A stretch of 64,000 bases of DNA, from the NCBI RefSeq assembly GCF_009834535.1, contig NC_045696.1, positions 97,838,001-97,902,000 on the forward strand. The letters are read 5' to 3'. This DNA is from Camelus ferus. Lineage: Eukaryota. A program made the translations under genes and the position numbers. Positions within the stretch are counted from its first letter, which is position 1; every line of letters starts with the position of its first letter. This document shows, one piece after another, positions 38,294 through 52,895 of this stretch. The notes below the pieces were generated by a model that did not search any database, was not told the DNA's origin, and saw nothing but the letters and a program-made list of their open reading frames with translations.

Positions 38294-38888
38294 TGTAGTA
38301 CGGAGAATTTTTTAATGCCCTCCCCCCCCGCCCCCCAAACTATCCTACCCTAAATCTCCAGAACTGGTGAATATGATGAGATATCACTCCCACAATTTAT
38401 GTTAGCCCATGGCACAGTTGACCTTAAAGCAGGGACACGCTCTGGGTGGGCCTAGTCTAAGGCAGAGAATTCTCTAGTGGAAGAAGAGGAAATTGGAGAG
38501 ATTTCAAGAGATTTGAGGGGGGATTCAACAAACTTTTGCTGACTTGAAGCGAGAAGGGACCACCTGGGAAGAAATACCAGTGGCCTTAAGGAATTGGGAG
38601 AGGTCCTCAGCTGACAGCCAGCAGGGAAACAGGGATTTCAGTCCTACAACCACAGTGAACTGAATTCTGCCCATAACCTGAGTGAGCAGGGCTGTGGATT
38701 GCTCCACAGATCCTCCAGACAAGTACTCAGCCCAGCCAACACCTTGATGCCAGCCTTGTAATAGCCCAGACAGACAACCAGTCATGCCATGCCAGACTTC
38801 TGATCCATGGAACTGTGGAATAATAAATGGGTGTTGTTTTAAGCTGCTTTGTAATAATCTGTTACACTGCAATAGAAAACTAATATAC
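38294..38888 (+). mobile_element. MaLR LTR (MLT1E/F-like)
   Basis: cagctgacagccagcagggaaacaggga...aataaatgggtgttgttttaagc...gcaatagaaaactaat. Confidence 0.8.
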
Positions 38889-41845
38889 TATGTCTCAATT
38901 AATAAAGCCAAGAATCCAGAAACTTTTCACGTATATTACCCACATTTTAGTAACCACATCTAGACATAAACCAAGACCACTTGAGTGTATTTTGAATTTA
39001 TAGGAAGGAGTAGCATTATTATTATCTTACTAAGGCAGTTTAAACATTTTTTTTAATTCCCCTACAGTTAAAAAGCCACTTCTATGTCTGAATCTACCAG
39101 AAAGTATAGGAATTACTATAGGATTATAGGAATTGAAGGGCTAAAAGGGAGGGATGTGATTGTTGAGACGGGGACTTACCTGTTGTAATGAGTAGAAAAA
39201 TGCATGTTATAATTGTCAACCAGAAGATCTACAATTAATGTGAATTATTTGTTTGGATAAAGAACAACCATAATAGATTTTTTTGACTGGATATCTGACT
39301 GGCAAACTTCCTGCAAGCTTCCAGTAACTGACCCTTCGTCCCTAGGCTGTGCTCTTGAAATTAAATAGATGTCCCCTAATGACACTTTTATGTTCCTTTG
39401 GGGACAGAACATAAGCAAACAAACCTCCCCCAAAGTATCACATGATGTGAAATATTTCCCAATTTGGTTAAGGCTTAATTTTGTTTCAGAAAAAAGACAA
39501 GATGGGAAACACATTTTGCATATTGCTATGTGTATAAAAGGCATTCCAAATGTTAAGAGCCCTGAATAGATTGTAACTTCAGATCAATTATTTTTAAAGT
39601 AATTTTCACCCCCTCCCCCCAGCTAAAAAAAATATCTTTGTATGCAAAAAACGAATCCCAAAACTTGGGCAATGCTCCTCCCAATGGAAATGATTAATAC
39701 AGGAGAATTTCAATGAAATCAAAACATTTTGACAAAACCTACTGCAATTTATTGAAATGGGATGTGATGTATTCCTTAATGCTTTAGAGTCACAGACAGG
39801 AAATATAAATACACACTGTACTTAAATGAAGCCTTCGGAATTTGAGGGCTATTTTTAAACATTGGCCTTATTTAATGTGTATCAACAGGGCATGGCAGAA
39901 CACAGATGAGAATCTCTGCTTAAATGTTATCGGAGCTGCTCTCCTAACAGTAGGAGACAGACACTGGAGAGAATTTACCTGAGGTTTAGATGGGCCTGTG
40001 TGATACTGAGTGGTCCAGGTTCTGGTGCGACCAGAGAGGAATTCCATCTTTGCATCTGGACCTGTGTGCCTGACTGACACTGTCCTCTTCCTGACCTCCT
40101 CTCAGCTGTATGGACTGGATGAATCTGCCTTTCGTCTCAGTGATCTTCAGTGCCTTGGAATTTTACTGTTGTTAAAACATCTATTTATTAAGACAACTCC
40201 TGTCCATACAAATGCTGCAGTTTGAGGGGAAGAATTCATACCCCATCCTGCCGTTTTTCCATGCATTTTCATGTCCTTGAAGTCTCTTCAGAGCCCTTCT
40301 AAATTTTTTTTCTGTTTCATTTGATAAAGTGGAAACTGCAAAAAGAAATTAGAAAATGAAAATGAATACGAGAAATAAAGGCATAAGCAGTGGGATTCGC
40401 CATAGTGGGTACAAAAGATGTCACTTCTTTATTTTTCTAAACTCCAGCCTGGCTCTTCTCCCACCATGATAGGAGAAAGGAACCCCACCTCATTCATTTT
40501 TCAGTGAACAATCTGAGAATCCTGGGGTTTAAACAATCCAGGAAAGTTGGGGTCCCCAGGGTGACAACTACGAGATACTCATTGTCGAAGCCCCCTGGTC
40601 AATGCAGAGCCTCGTGGCTCTGCTGTTTCCAACACCCATTCCCACTGCCTAAACTCAGCCCCCAGGACCACTGCCAAGTGCTCCCAGCACTCAGGCTTAA
40701 TCTGATGCCCTCAAGCAGCCATGCCCGCAGGGAGCTGGTTACTACCAGGGAATGACCTGGAAACAGAACCTGCCTCCTTTCTGTCTCACGGCCTCCGGGA
40801 ATCCCACTACCTCTGGGATTGGGCAGCTTTCTTCCCCTTCACCCTGGAGCCTCCCCACCTCAAGTTGCCCAGGAGCCCAGAGCAGCATCAGAACACGCAG
40901 GGGTACCTGTCAGTACATGCAGATGCCTGAACCCCACGCCAGCCGCACACACACAGTATCAGTTGGGCTGGGGCCCAAGAACTTGCATTTTATCGAGGTC
41001 CTCAGTAGATTCCTATGCACATTAAAACTTAAGAAACATTAGGCTAAAGCCCTAGATTTTAAAAAACTAGGCCATTAAACTCTGCAACAGTGAAAACCCA
41101 GAGCTCCCAGACAAGCCCTGCTCTCATCTTGAAGAGAGAAAGGAAAAACATCCCTCATTCTTTCCAATGAGCTTACCGCTGAGAAAACAAGACAAAGTTT
41201 ATTTCTCAGTCAGGTCATCCAGCCCCACATGGTTTGAGTGGAAAATGGAAAGGCACCAAAGGTCTCTGAGATACACACACACACACACACACACATATAC
41301 AAACACACACAAAACCAGATCATCAGCCAGGGTGTTAGCAGTTTTTATTCTAGTGGAGGAGACCTCGGTTGTGGAGGGGCTTGCCCAAGTCCGAGTTTTA
41401 AATGGGTTCTCCTGAACGGCTAGATGGCATTGCTCACAAGTAGCTCCCCTGAAGCTATACAGGCTTCTGTTAAGGACAGTAACTGGAGCCAGTTCAAAAG
41501 TTTCAATGCCAAACTCACTTTCTTTTTTTTTTTCTCCTGGCTACTATTTACTTTGCAGATATTTTTAGGAACGTTTTAAGCAACTATTAATCAGCCACTA
41601 ACCAGAGTATAAACATTCAATGTTTAAGTATTTTTGGTAGCAAGGGATTAAAAAAATACCGGGGTAATTCGAATGCAAAAGTAATTTAAAAACCCACACA
41701 CATTGCATGCATCAATTCTAACTTTGATTTAGGTTTGCTAAAAGAAATAAAAATTATAGAATTACTTCAGTATTATTAGTTTTACTTTAGGAAAGAAATA
41801 TATAAACACACTTTTTTTTTGAAATGTAAACACTTTTTAAAAATA

Positions 41846-41945
41846 TTTTCTTTTCTTTTCTTTTTTTAATGGAGGTACTGGGAATTGAACCCAAGACCTT
41901 AAGCATACTAGGCATGCACTCTACCACTGAGCTATTTCTCTCCCC
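41846..41945 (-). mobile_element. Vic-1-like SINE
   Basis: Matches the other copies in the window. Confidence 0.82.
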
Positions 41946-42378
41946 TCTATATATACACTTTGACACCTCACATATCCAGATTGATTGCTTAGAAACTCAG
42001 ATTTTTCCAGTGGCTGAAATATGTACACCATATGTGAGAAATATCTTAACTGCTTTAATATTTCACTTTAATATTTTATATTCCATTCCATAATGCCTCT
42101 GTGTTTTAATATGAAAATCTCGTAGGAAATACTCTGGTAAGATGCATTATTTTTTTATGGTGCATTTACACATGGTTGTCTGCCATGTGGCTGTTATGGG
42201 ACACCTCACATAATTGAAATAACAGGGCTAAGTGACAGCTCTCCTCTCCGTTTTTTGGAGGCTTCCCTACAACTACAGGCAAACATTTAATGTGATGTGG
42301 TCATTTATTTCTCTTTAATTATAATGTTTTCCCCAGAAATGATGGCTTCTCATAGAGTTATCTTCTCTTCCTTTGCAG

Positions 42379-42626
42379 GGAACATTCCGACATCTATCTT
42401 CAAAATGGCCCCAACAGAATTGGAAGAGTCTACAAGAAGGCCCTTTATCTTCAGTACACAGATGAAACCTTTAAAACGATTATAGAAAAACCTATCTGGC
42501 TGGGGTTTTTAGGTCCTATTATCAAAGCTGAAACTGGAGATAAAGTTTATGTACATTTTAAAAACTTCGCCTCTAGGCCCTATACATTTCATGCACATGG
42601 AATGACTTACTATAAGGAACATGAGG
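42379..42626 (+). CDS. CP: Ceruloplasmin exon 2
   Basis: [31 protein letters not shown]...[12 protein letters not shown]...[18 protein letters not shown]; HxH trinuclear ligands; AG/GT; 248 nt. Confidence 0.98.
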
Positions 42627-42687
42627 GTAAGTTCAGCTCATATGCTAGCTGGAATTTCCTCTTCCTTTTCAGTGGGAGCACTTTTTA

Positions 42688-43397
42688 TTTTTTATTAAAG
42701 TAGAGTTGATTCACAATATTGTGTTACTTTCTGGTGTACAGCAGAGTGACTCAGTTATACACACACACACACACACACACATATTCCTTTTCATATTCTT
42801 TTTCATTATAGGTTATTACAAGATATTGAATATAGCTCCCTGTGCTATACAGTAAGATCTTGTTGTTTATTTTATATATAGTAGTTTATATCTGCTAATC
42901 CCAAACTCCTAATTTAACCCTTACCTTTTTTTCTCTTTGGTAACCACAATTCTGTTTTCTACATCTGTGAGTCTGTTTCTGTTTTATAAATAAGTTCATT
43001 TGTATCATTTTTTTTAGGTGCCACATATAAGTGATATCATGTAATATTTGTCTTTCTCTATCTGACTTATCTCACTTAGTATGATGATCTCTGATCTCCA
43101 GGTCCATCCATGTTGCGGCAAATGGTATTATTTCATTCTTTTTTTTTTATGGCTGAGTAGTATTTATACACACAAACACACACACACACTGCAACTTCTT
43201 TACCAAATCATCTGTTGATGGACATTTAGGTTGCTTCCATGTCTTGGCTGTTGTAAATAGTGCTGCTATGAACATTATGGTGCATGTATCTTTTCAAATT
43301 AGAGTTTTCTCCAGATATATACCCAGGAGTGGGATTGCTGAATCAGATAGTAATTCTATTTTTAGTGTTTTTTTTAAAGAAATCTCCATACTTTGGG
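42688..43397 (-). mobile_element. 5'-truncated L1 in CP intron 2
   Basis: L1 3' UTR and ORF2 end; 14-bp TSD gggagcacttttta. Confidence 0.88.
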
Positions 43398-45127
43398 GGG
43401 AGCACTTTTTAACTTCTGAAATTATGGACTCCCATCCTGGATAAGACCTATAGCTATGTTGTTCAGCTCTAAACTATTTTATGAATAAGCATCTTGGTTC
43501 ATCCTAATAATGCCATGTTTCTCTTGGTTGTGCTTGTAGGTGTGAAATGTGATAGGGTTTCCAGGTGGACTCATATAGTGAGAGTCAGTGAGAGCTGGGC
43601 CTTCCTTCCCAATGCCCAACTCCTTTCCAGACCAAGAGTCAAAATAAGAGAAATAAGTAGTGTGCATCAAAGCCTAGAAAAGGCAAAAGTCCAGAGGGAA
43701 GAAACAGGACTCAAGCTGAGAATTGTCTTATCTCTGAAGTTTCTACCTGTGAACACACTGTAGCCGTTGTCACCTCCCGTCCTACTTTGGGTAAACTCTG
43801 TCCCGGCTAAGGCAGCACGAGTGGTCTCCTACGTCCTCCAAATGGTGCATGTGGCTGGATGATCCCAGAGTCACATCTGAGACACAGTAACCAAAAGGTC
43901 ACATGAATGTAGGACTGGGGGGCCTTACAGACAGTACAGGAAGAGCAAAGATTAGGTTTGGTGCTTATGATCTCATTCTTAGTCCTTGATGATGAAAAGA
44001 GATGGTGTTTTGTTATGGTTAAGAGCGAGGGCTTCAAAATTAATAGACCGATGTTCGAGTGCAGCCTTGCCTTTTACTGGCTGAATAATCTTGGACAAGT
44101 CACATTCCCTGTGCTTCAGTTTTCCCATGTATAAAATAGGGACATGATAATATAATATATAATAACATAATAATAGCTCAATAAATGTCAGCTATTATAT
44201 AAGCAGAAATGCTGAGGCCATGCTACAGTCATTGAAATGATAAGGATCGAGTTGGAAATTAAGATCAAATTCGTTTTGATTAATTATTATCTTTTTAAAA
44301 GAAGTATTGCTTTACAAGGTGAATGTTTTGACCATCTATATTTTTAATTGTTTTCCTAGACCAAACAATTACATTCATAGCATAGAAGCTGATTGCCATC
44401 TTATTTATTTTTTATAACTTCATGGCATATTAGGGTATTAATCATTTTTAAGGTATGATAATTGTATTGTGGCTATGTTAGAAAAAAGAATTCTTGACTT
44501 TTAGAGATACATACTCAAGTATTTATGAATGAAATGACATGATGTCTGAGATTTGCTTTAGAATAATTCAGTGATGATGGGATAAGAGTGGATGAGAGTA
44601 TAGATGAAATAAGATTGGCCTTGAATCAGTCATTGTTAAGGCTAAGTTGATGGGCACAAGGAGGTTCATCATATTATTTTCTCAACTTTCACATATGTTT
44701 GGAAATTTACAAAATTAAAGTAAAAATAAAACAATTCCATGGTTAAAGCACAGGCAAAAAACCTAATACCATACAGGAAGCTTCAGATTGTAGAAGGTAA
44801 ACGTTTTGCTCTTACTTCCATACCATAACCCCAGGGCAAAAGTGGTTCTCTAAATTGCAAACCCAAAGTCACTATGGTCCTGACATATCTATTACACTCC
44901 TTGAAGACTCAGCCAGGTATAAAAAGTGACATTTTCTGTGAAATGTCCAGACCCTGTAGCCATTTGCCTCTTATTCTTCTGTGTTCAAATAGGATATCAC
45001 TGCATCCCCAAGGGGGCACATACTAGATGTTGAATAAATGTTTGCTGAACAAATTAATGGACCATCTATTTTCTCACTTCAATTCAAACGTACTCAATTT
45101 GTAATTTTATTGCATGTTGTTTCCCAG

Positions 45128-45340
45128 GGGCCGTCTACCCTGATAACACCACAGATTTTCAAAAAGCAGGCAACAAAGTGCAGCCAGGTGAGCAGCATAC
45201 GTACATACTGCATGCCGACCCAGAACAAGGTCCCGGAGAGGAAGACAGCAATTGTGTGACCAGGATTTATCATTCCCACATTGATGCTCCAAGAGATATC
45301 GCCTCAGGACTCATTGGACCTTTAATACACTGTAAAAAAG
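45128..45340 (+). CDS. CP: Ceruloplasmin exon 3
   Basis: [22 protein letters not shown]...[33 protein letters not shown]; 213 nt. Confidence 0.98.
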
Positions 45341-46071
45341 GTACATGTTCTCGTTACCACTCACAATAAATGACCAAAGGCAGTAGACAGGGAGTTCTTG
45401 TTTTTTTAAATAAATGTTAAGTCTTCCATGTTATGACTGAGTATGTAAAGTAGAGAGGTGGTGAGTCTAGAAAAAAGGAAAGGGGAAAGCAGGGAAGGAG
45501 AAGGGGGAGAAGGGATACGTGGAGCAAGTATGCACGCACATTGCCCAGCTGCAATAAATACGCTCTCCCTGGGGGTAGGTTTGCTGTATCTCACTTCCAA
45601 CAGTGGTACTGAAGAGATATATGATTTTACCAAACATGACTCCCTTAATGACATGCCATGGTGATAGATCTGTAGTTATCTGCTTTGTGATGGTAAATGT
45701 ATTATCATAGGATCCATCTCTGACATCATGAAAAAAACTGCATAGCTTAGTTACCTACAAAGTCTTGCTGTCTCAGTTTGTGACTATATACAGTCAAAGA
45801 TGTACACACAACTTTGAATTCCAACCCTCTCATTTGCCAAAAAGTATTGAATAGTTACGTGGTCATGTGTACATCCAGATATATGAGGATCTCACAAACT
45901 CAGGTTACTGCATGTAAAATTCCCTCAGGGTGTCGAAGTCTATAAAACAGGAGTGACTGGTCTAGACTTGTGGTTTATTAGGAAAATAAATACTAAAATT
46001 TTTAAAAACTACAAATCACATGCTAAAATTCTAAAAATTAAGTCTTACTGAAATAGTAATTTTCATGTCAG

Positions 46072-46245
46072 ATTCTCTGGATCAAGAAAAAGAAAAAAAT
46101 ATTGATCAAGAGTTTGTGGTGATGTTTTCTGTGGCGGATGAAAATTTCAGCTGGTACCTAGAAGACAACATTAAAACCTACTGCTCTGAACCAGAAAAAG
46201 TTGACAAAGACAATGAAGACTTCCAGGAGAGTAACAGAATGTATT
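46072..46245 (+). CDS. CP: Ceruloplasmin exon 4
   Basis: [61 protein letters not shown]; 174 nt. Confidence 0.98.
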
Positions 46246-47856
46246 GTAAGATTACACAAGACTTGTTAACTTTATCTTATTTTCCCCAATCCATTAATTC
46301 TGCTAAACTTATTCCCTCACGTGATCAGTAGTGTGTTTCTAATCTATGACCATGGTAAAAAAGCCTATTGGATGTGTAACATGATATTTGACTTAATGGG
46401 TCAATCTAAGCTTCAAGCCAGGGAAAGCCAGATAGGTCCTATTTTTTTCCCAAACTGATAAAGATAAAAAATCATCAGTTATGGTTAAATGCATATGTGT
46501 GTTATATTTATATATTTTTTATCCTCCCAAGTCATTCTAAGAAATATTCAAGATAGTCTAAAATTATTAAATTATATTGTAAAACATTGAACTATATTGA
46601 CGAAACTAGTTCAGACCACTAGGTCTAAAAGGTATTTCTTTTACATATATATTGTCCCTCACTACCCTCCCCCCAAACTTCGCCTAATTTTTTTCTTTAT
46701 TTTAGTTCACTTTATTTCTTCTAGAAATTCTTTCTTTACTACCTAGGCACTGCTTCTTAATTCTCAGACACAAGATAATTAGTCACCAAATGTGTCAATA
46801 AAGACAGTGTATCACTCAGAATTTGCATAAAAAATCAAATCCTTTAACACCAGCTAGACAAATAAGTATAGATTTTTTGTTTATTTGTGTTTAGCTTTTT
46901 CAAAATAACCCTTACTCAGAAACTGAGAACACGAAAATAACTGTACTATAAAAAAAAAAAAAAAAAAAAAAAAAACAGTTAACAAAGTACAGATTTTTGT
47001 TTCCAACTTTTGCTTTTTTCAGCTTGAAGTTCCTCTTCCCATGCTTTAATCCAGCATCTGTTATGTGCTAACCAAAACAGGTGCTAGATACTCAAACTTC
47101 TAGTCTGGCTAGACCTGGTTTGGTATCTTTGTTGCATTTGGTTCATTCACTATGCTTCCCAGAACCAATTTCCACCTTAACTCTAAGACCTCCTAGTTTG
47201 AACTGGTGACCCTTAGTTTCTTCAAAGAATCTCAGGCCATCCTGCTTTTGAACTTTTAGCTCTTTGTGGCTCTGGTAACTGGTCCCTAATGTCTTCATAT
47301 GTTTCTTCTTTCCTCCATATGTCTTCAAATTTTGTCTTCCAGTCTAAAAAAAAAAAATTTCTTTGTGTTCTTATTACAAAAGCAATTCACAGTCACTGTA
47401 GAAAATTTGAAAAGTTCTGATAAACAAAAAAGAAAACATTGAAATCATCCACGTTACCACCACTGACACGATACATAATTGATAACTAAATAACCTTCAG
47501 TCTTTTCTTTTCTATTTGCTATATGTGTGTACATTTTGTACATATATATATGTGTGCAATCATTTGTATTTACTAATACACACATGAACATTTCAAGGTG
47601 TACAGTTTATAACAAAAGGAGCAAATAGGTTTTATCTTCATTGTTGTGTTCATGTGCTAATATTGTGCTGACAAAAATTCTGAGGCTGAATTCAGGTCCA
47701 AATGAGAGTGCTGTGATTGATTAACAATGTCTGATGGGGGTGCAGGAGGGAGGATGTGTGCCAGGTACGTCCCACCCCAAGTTAATTTTATATCTGTAGG
47801 GGTAACTGTCAATAACCCGGACACCAATGTCTGCTAGTCATCATCTCTGCTCTTGA

Positions 47857-48210
<354 letters not shown>

Positions 48211-49067
48211 TAAAAGCTAAGTATCTTTGGAATGATCTGAGCTTTGAACTGGTAACTTAATTTTATTCCTATGACAGTATGAATCATAATGTAATTCTAA
48301 AAAAAAAAAGACGGGAGCACTTATAAAGTAATTAAAACTGAAAATATGTTAATTTTTGGAAAAGAAAAATTGGTCCTGAATGTATATATAGTCCTACCCT
48401 TAAAGTATAACACTATATACAGTTTCTCAGCTTTGTAAAATATACAATATTATAAACACCAGAAGATTTGCATATTGTGCTGAAAAGCAGCTTTTTGACT
48501 TGATTCTCTTAAATATAACCAACTTTGTTCTTTGAGTCCAGCTATTCCTTGGTTTAACATGCTAAATCCCTCCTCCATCTCTTTAATGTGAGGCAATAAA
48601 ATATTCCCAGTCCTTGAAAAATACTAGTTTGTAATATTGGTCTCCTGAAGAAATTAGGTTTAATATGGGTCTTTGAGTATGTTACTTTGACCTTCAAACA
48701 TAATTTCATTCATCAAATGTGACCTTGGCTGCAGAGGGCCCAGCACTGCGGGCACATAACCATTTTCTTGGAGAGAACAATAATAACACATGCCCACTCT
48801 ATTCCCCCTCTCCTACTCTGCCCTATCCCTCAAACTATGGCAAAACCTCTCTTGATCACTTATCTATTTTTTCTCATTAAAGCCTTATTTATTTTAATGC
48901 TGAACTCACTGCGTAGGTGCAATAAAATACAGCGAAAATTCATTTCTCTCCACATCCCTTACCTTTTTTTTCCCCTCATCCCAAAGACCTCCTAAGTGGA
49001 ATGCCACAGAAACTGGTTTCACGTTTTTAAAAACACAAGTAGTATCTTCTCTGTGCCACATAGAGAA

Positions 49068-49202
49068 TTTTTTTTTAAATTTTTTTGGAGGGAGGTAATT
49101 TGGGCTTTATTTATTTATTTTTTAATGGAGGTACTGGAGACTGAACCCAGGACCTCGTGCATGCTAAGCACTCGCTCTATCACTGCGCTATACTCCAGCC
49201 TC
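49068..49202 (-). mobile_element. Vic-1-like SINE
   Basis: Matches the other copies in the window. Confidence 0.82.
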
Positions 49203-49381
49203 CTCACTGCTTGAACTTTCCATGAGTAATTTATTTACAGCTGTTTACTCTAGTGTGTAGTATGGTTTCCAGCTCTGTTTCTACCATTTCTATGTGTCAT
49301 TTCACCAGCAGTGTTTACAAGGCAGTAAGAGAGAGAAATATTGGCTCCATTAACCAGTGTCTCCTTCTGTGTGATTTTCAG

Positions 49382-49553
49382 CTGGTTTGCAGGCCTTTTT
49401 CTCAGTACAAGACTGTAAGAGGCCCTCATCTGAGGATGACATCCGTGGCAAACATGTCAGACACTACTACATTGCTGCGGAGGAAATCATCTGGAACTAC
49501 GCACCCTCCGGCATAGACAACTTCACCAAAGAAAGCCTAACAGCACCTGAAAG
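49382..49553 (+). CDS. CP: Ceruloplasmin exon 6
   Basis: [60 protein letters not shown]; 172 nt. Confidence 0.98.
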
Positions 49554-49869
49554 GTAATTCAGGGGGAAAAAAAAGATTATTATTTCAAAATGTGCCTCCC
49601 CCTAAAAAAAAAAAAAAAAAAAAAAGTATAAAAGGCTGATTCAGCAATTAAAGTCTTAAAAAATTAAAATTGTAATTGGTACCTGAAATTGAGTTCACTA
49701 GACTGCTAAATATGTATTAAGGTGTTTGGTAGTGAGTCCAAGTTTGAGAAACAGGATTTCTGAGTCCATGAAAAAGAATGGATTTAAAAGTTATCAAATG
49801 CTCAACAAAATCCCTAGAAAACACTGAATACAATTAGACAGATCAATTCATTTGCTTTCCATTTCTGAA

Positions 49870-50795
49870 AACATAGCATTGTAAAACCCAGCAGCATTAA
49901 GTACATTCACAAGATTATATAATCATCAACACTATCCATCTCCAGAGCTTTTCATCATTCCAAGCAGAAATTATTTGTCTTTTAAACAAAAAATCCCCTT
50001 CCCTGATATTCAACTTTCTATCTCTATGTATGTGCCTATTCTAGGCACCTAAAACAGGTGGAGTCATGCAATATTTATCCTTTTTTTGTCTGGCTTATTT
50101 CATTTTGCATAATGTTTCCAAGATTCCTCCATGCTGTGGAAGGTATCAGAATTCCATTCCTCTTTAAGACTGAATAATATTCCATTTATTCATATACCAC
50201 ATTTTATTTATTCCTCTACCTGTTAATGGACACTTGAGTGGTTTCTACCATTTGGCTGTTGTGAATAATGCTGCTGTGAACAGTGGAGTACAAGTATCTG
50301 TTTAGATCTCTGCTTTCAATTCTTCTGGGTATATATACAACTAGGAGTGGAGTTGCTTGATCATATCATTCTGTTTTTAATTTTTTGAGGAGCCACTATG
50401 TGGTTTTCCATAGCGGCTACACCATTTTATGTTCCCACAAGCAATGTGCAAGGATTCCAAACATCCTTATCAACATTCATTTTCCCTTTTTTTGATAATA
50501 GCCATTTTAATGGGTACAAAGTGGTATCACATTGTGGTTTTGATTTGCATTTCCCCGTTGATTAGTGATATTGAGCATTTTTTTCAGATGTTTGTTGGAA
50601 ATTTGGAGAAATGTCAGTTCAAGTCCTTTGCCCATTTAAAAAATTAGATTGTTTGGGTTTTGTTGTTGTTTTTAAGGTATAAGAGTTCTTTTTATATTCT
50701 GGATATTAATCTCTTATCGGATATATACACTTTACAAATATTTCCCTTTATTTTGTAGATTTTCTTTTCACTCTCTTAATAGTGTCCTTTGATGT
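49870..50795 (-). mobile_element. Older L1 (L1M-type) fragment in CP intron 6
   Basis: Typical antisense ORF2-end text (gtggtatcacattgtggttttgatttgcatttccc); boundaries approximate. Confidence 0.8.
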
Positions 50796-51074
50796 ATACA
50801 AGGTAACTTTTGTATGTGTCTGATGACTTCTGTAACCTCCCAGTTGTTCTTCCTTCCTGTCTCCCTTTCTTACTGTGCATTCCTCATAAAACAGCCAAAG
50901 TGAGCTTTCAAAAATATCAGTGAGACTATGCCACACCCCTGTTCCAAGACTCTGCTCAAACATCACCTCTTTAGAGAAGCCTTGTTTACCACAAATCTAC
51001 TTGGAGAAATTAAGTAATTTACTCAATGACAAATGACAGGTCAGTAGTTGGATCTGGCTCTGCCCAAGTTTGTA

Positions 51075-52078
51075 TCTCCTGAAGCAGAGATTTAAGTCCC
51101 AGGTGACACTGACATCCAGATGTGATGACTCCCAGAACTGTATCACCAGTCCAGAAGGCTCTTATAAATTTCAGATTTAGATTTTGAACTGCTTTAATGG
51201 ACACACCACTTGGATGAGGTCCCTCCAAATCAATATATCCAAATCTGAACCCATTGCCTTCCCCACAAATCTGAGTTTCCGTGAATGGTATCACCTTTCA
51301 TCCATTGATCAAGCCCCATACCTGACTACCACCCTTGACTCTCTCCCTCCTCCTCTTCTCATCAAATAGTGCCCCATTATATCCTACGTATCTCCAAAAG
51401 TTGTTTGCTTCTCTCCATCCTCTTTGCCAATGCCTCTGAAGTCATCACTGCCTCTCACTGAGATTTTAAAGACAGTCTGCTGATGGGTCTCCCTATCATG
51501 GTCTTATGTATTCCAACACACTTTCCAGGCAGCCTCCTGAGGGATCCTCCCAAAACACTAATCCTGAATGTGTAAATGTTTCAACACTTTCCCACTGCCC
51601 TGAGATGGAGAACTGAAACTTTACCCATGTCCTCCTGCCCACCCCCTTCTTCCCTCCAAGTCTTATTCTCCACCCCTCTGCCCTGCCCTGCATGCTATGC
51701 TCCTGTCATGTTCTGTAAAACATGCCATGTTCACTCTGTCCTCTAAGCCTTCCCACAGGCTGTTCCCTCTTTGTAAACACCTGCCCCATTCTCCCCACCA
51801 CACGTACTCCATCTTTTAAACTCCACTTCTCCTGTAGATGGTTTTAAAGACTTACTTCCTCTGGAAAACCTGTGGGGCTTCTCCCCACCACTTCCTCCAA
51901 CCCCAGGAGAAATGTTCCCTAACACCCTGTGCTTATTACATGTTATTATATTGATTGGTCTGTAGTCTGTCTTCTGGGACAGATGGGACTTTAGTCCTTG
52001 TGGACAGGGACAGATCCAGCTTGTTTATGGTTATGCCATCAGCACATAGCATGGTTCCTGGCAAAGAGCAGGTGTTCA
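51075..52078. mobile_element. L2 fragment
   Basis: cacttggatg...ctcaaa.tcaa.at.tccaaa.ctgaa...gcacatagcatggttcctggca. Confidence 0.6.
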
Positions 52079-52245
52079 AGGGGAGGGTACAGTTCACTGG
52101 TAGACTGTGTGCTTAGCAGGCATGAGGTCCTGGGTTCAATCCCCAGTAACTCCACTTCAATAAATAAATAGATAACTAACTAACTAAATAAATAAAACAA
52201 TAAAACAAACACTAGTTACCCTTTCCCCCCCAAAAAAAATTTTTA
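52079..52245 (+). mobile_element. Vic-1-like SINE
   Basis: ggggagggtacagttcactggtag...gaggtcctgggttcaatccccagt followed by an A-rich tail. Confidence 0.85.
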
Positions 52246-52755
52246 AAAGAGCAGATCTGCAGTACGTTTGTCAAATGAGGAAGAGATGAATGAGGTGGCT
52301 TTGGCAAGTCAGATGCCTTTCTGAGATTTAATTTCTTCATTTGAAAAATGGGGAGAATAAAACCAACTTTGTTGCATTGTCATTAGAGTTTCAGATAATA
52401 AATGGAAACGTCTGAGTGCTAATATGCAATAAACAGCTATTGTATTTTTGGACATTTTGTAATTTGTTTAAAAGATTCTACTGTAGGACAATTTATTAAC
52501 TGTCAGGGGTTGACATGGACCTTCTTGAAATTTTTTCATTTCACTTGAAAAAGTAAAATCTCCATGCCATGAGTCTCTACTCCTCAACTGAATATCCTTC
52601 TATGAAATGCCTAGTACTCTCTGCTTCTCTTTGAGTATTTGGTAAATCATGGCTAATAATTATCTCTAAGCACTGGTTAGAATTTTTCTCTTCAATTCGC
52701 ATTCTGCCTCTGTTCTGCTTTCAAGTCCAGCGTTAAACCCTTTTTCTTTTGGCAG

Positions 52756-52895
52756 TGCTTCAGAAGTATTTTTTGAACGTGGTTCTACAAGAATTGGAGG
52801 CTCATATAAAAAGCTTGTTTATCGTGAGTATACAGATGCCTCCTTCACAAATCAAAAGGAGAGAGGCCCTGAGGAGGAACATCTTGGCATTCTGG
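52756..52895 (+). CDS. CP: Ceruloplasmin exon 7
   Basis: [50 protein letters not shown]; 140 nt. Confidence 0.98.

Noticed and set aside
52079..52155. tRNA-like sequence with A/B boxes
   Set aside because: It is the head of a SINE; diverged copies with A-rich tails and TSDs recur through the window.
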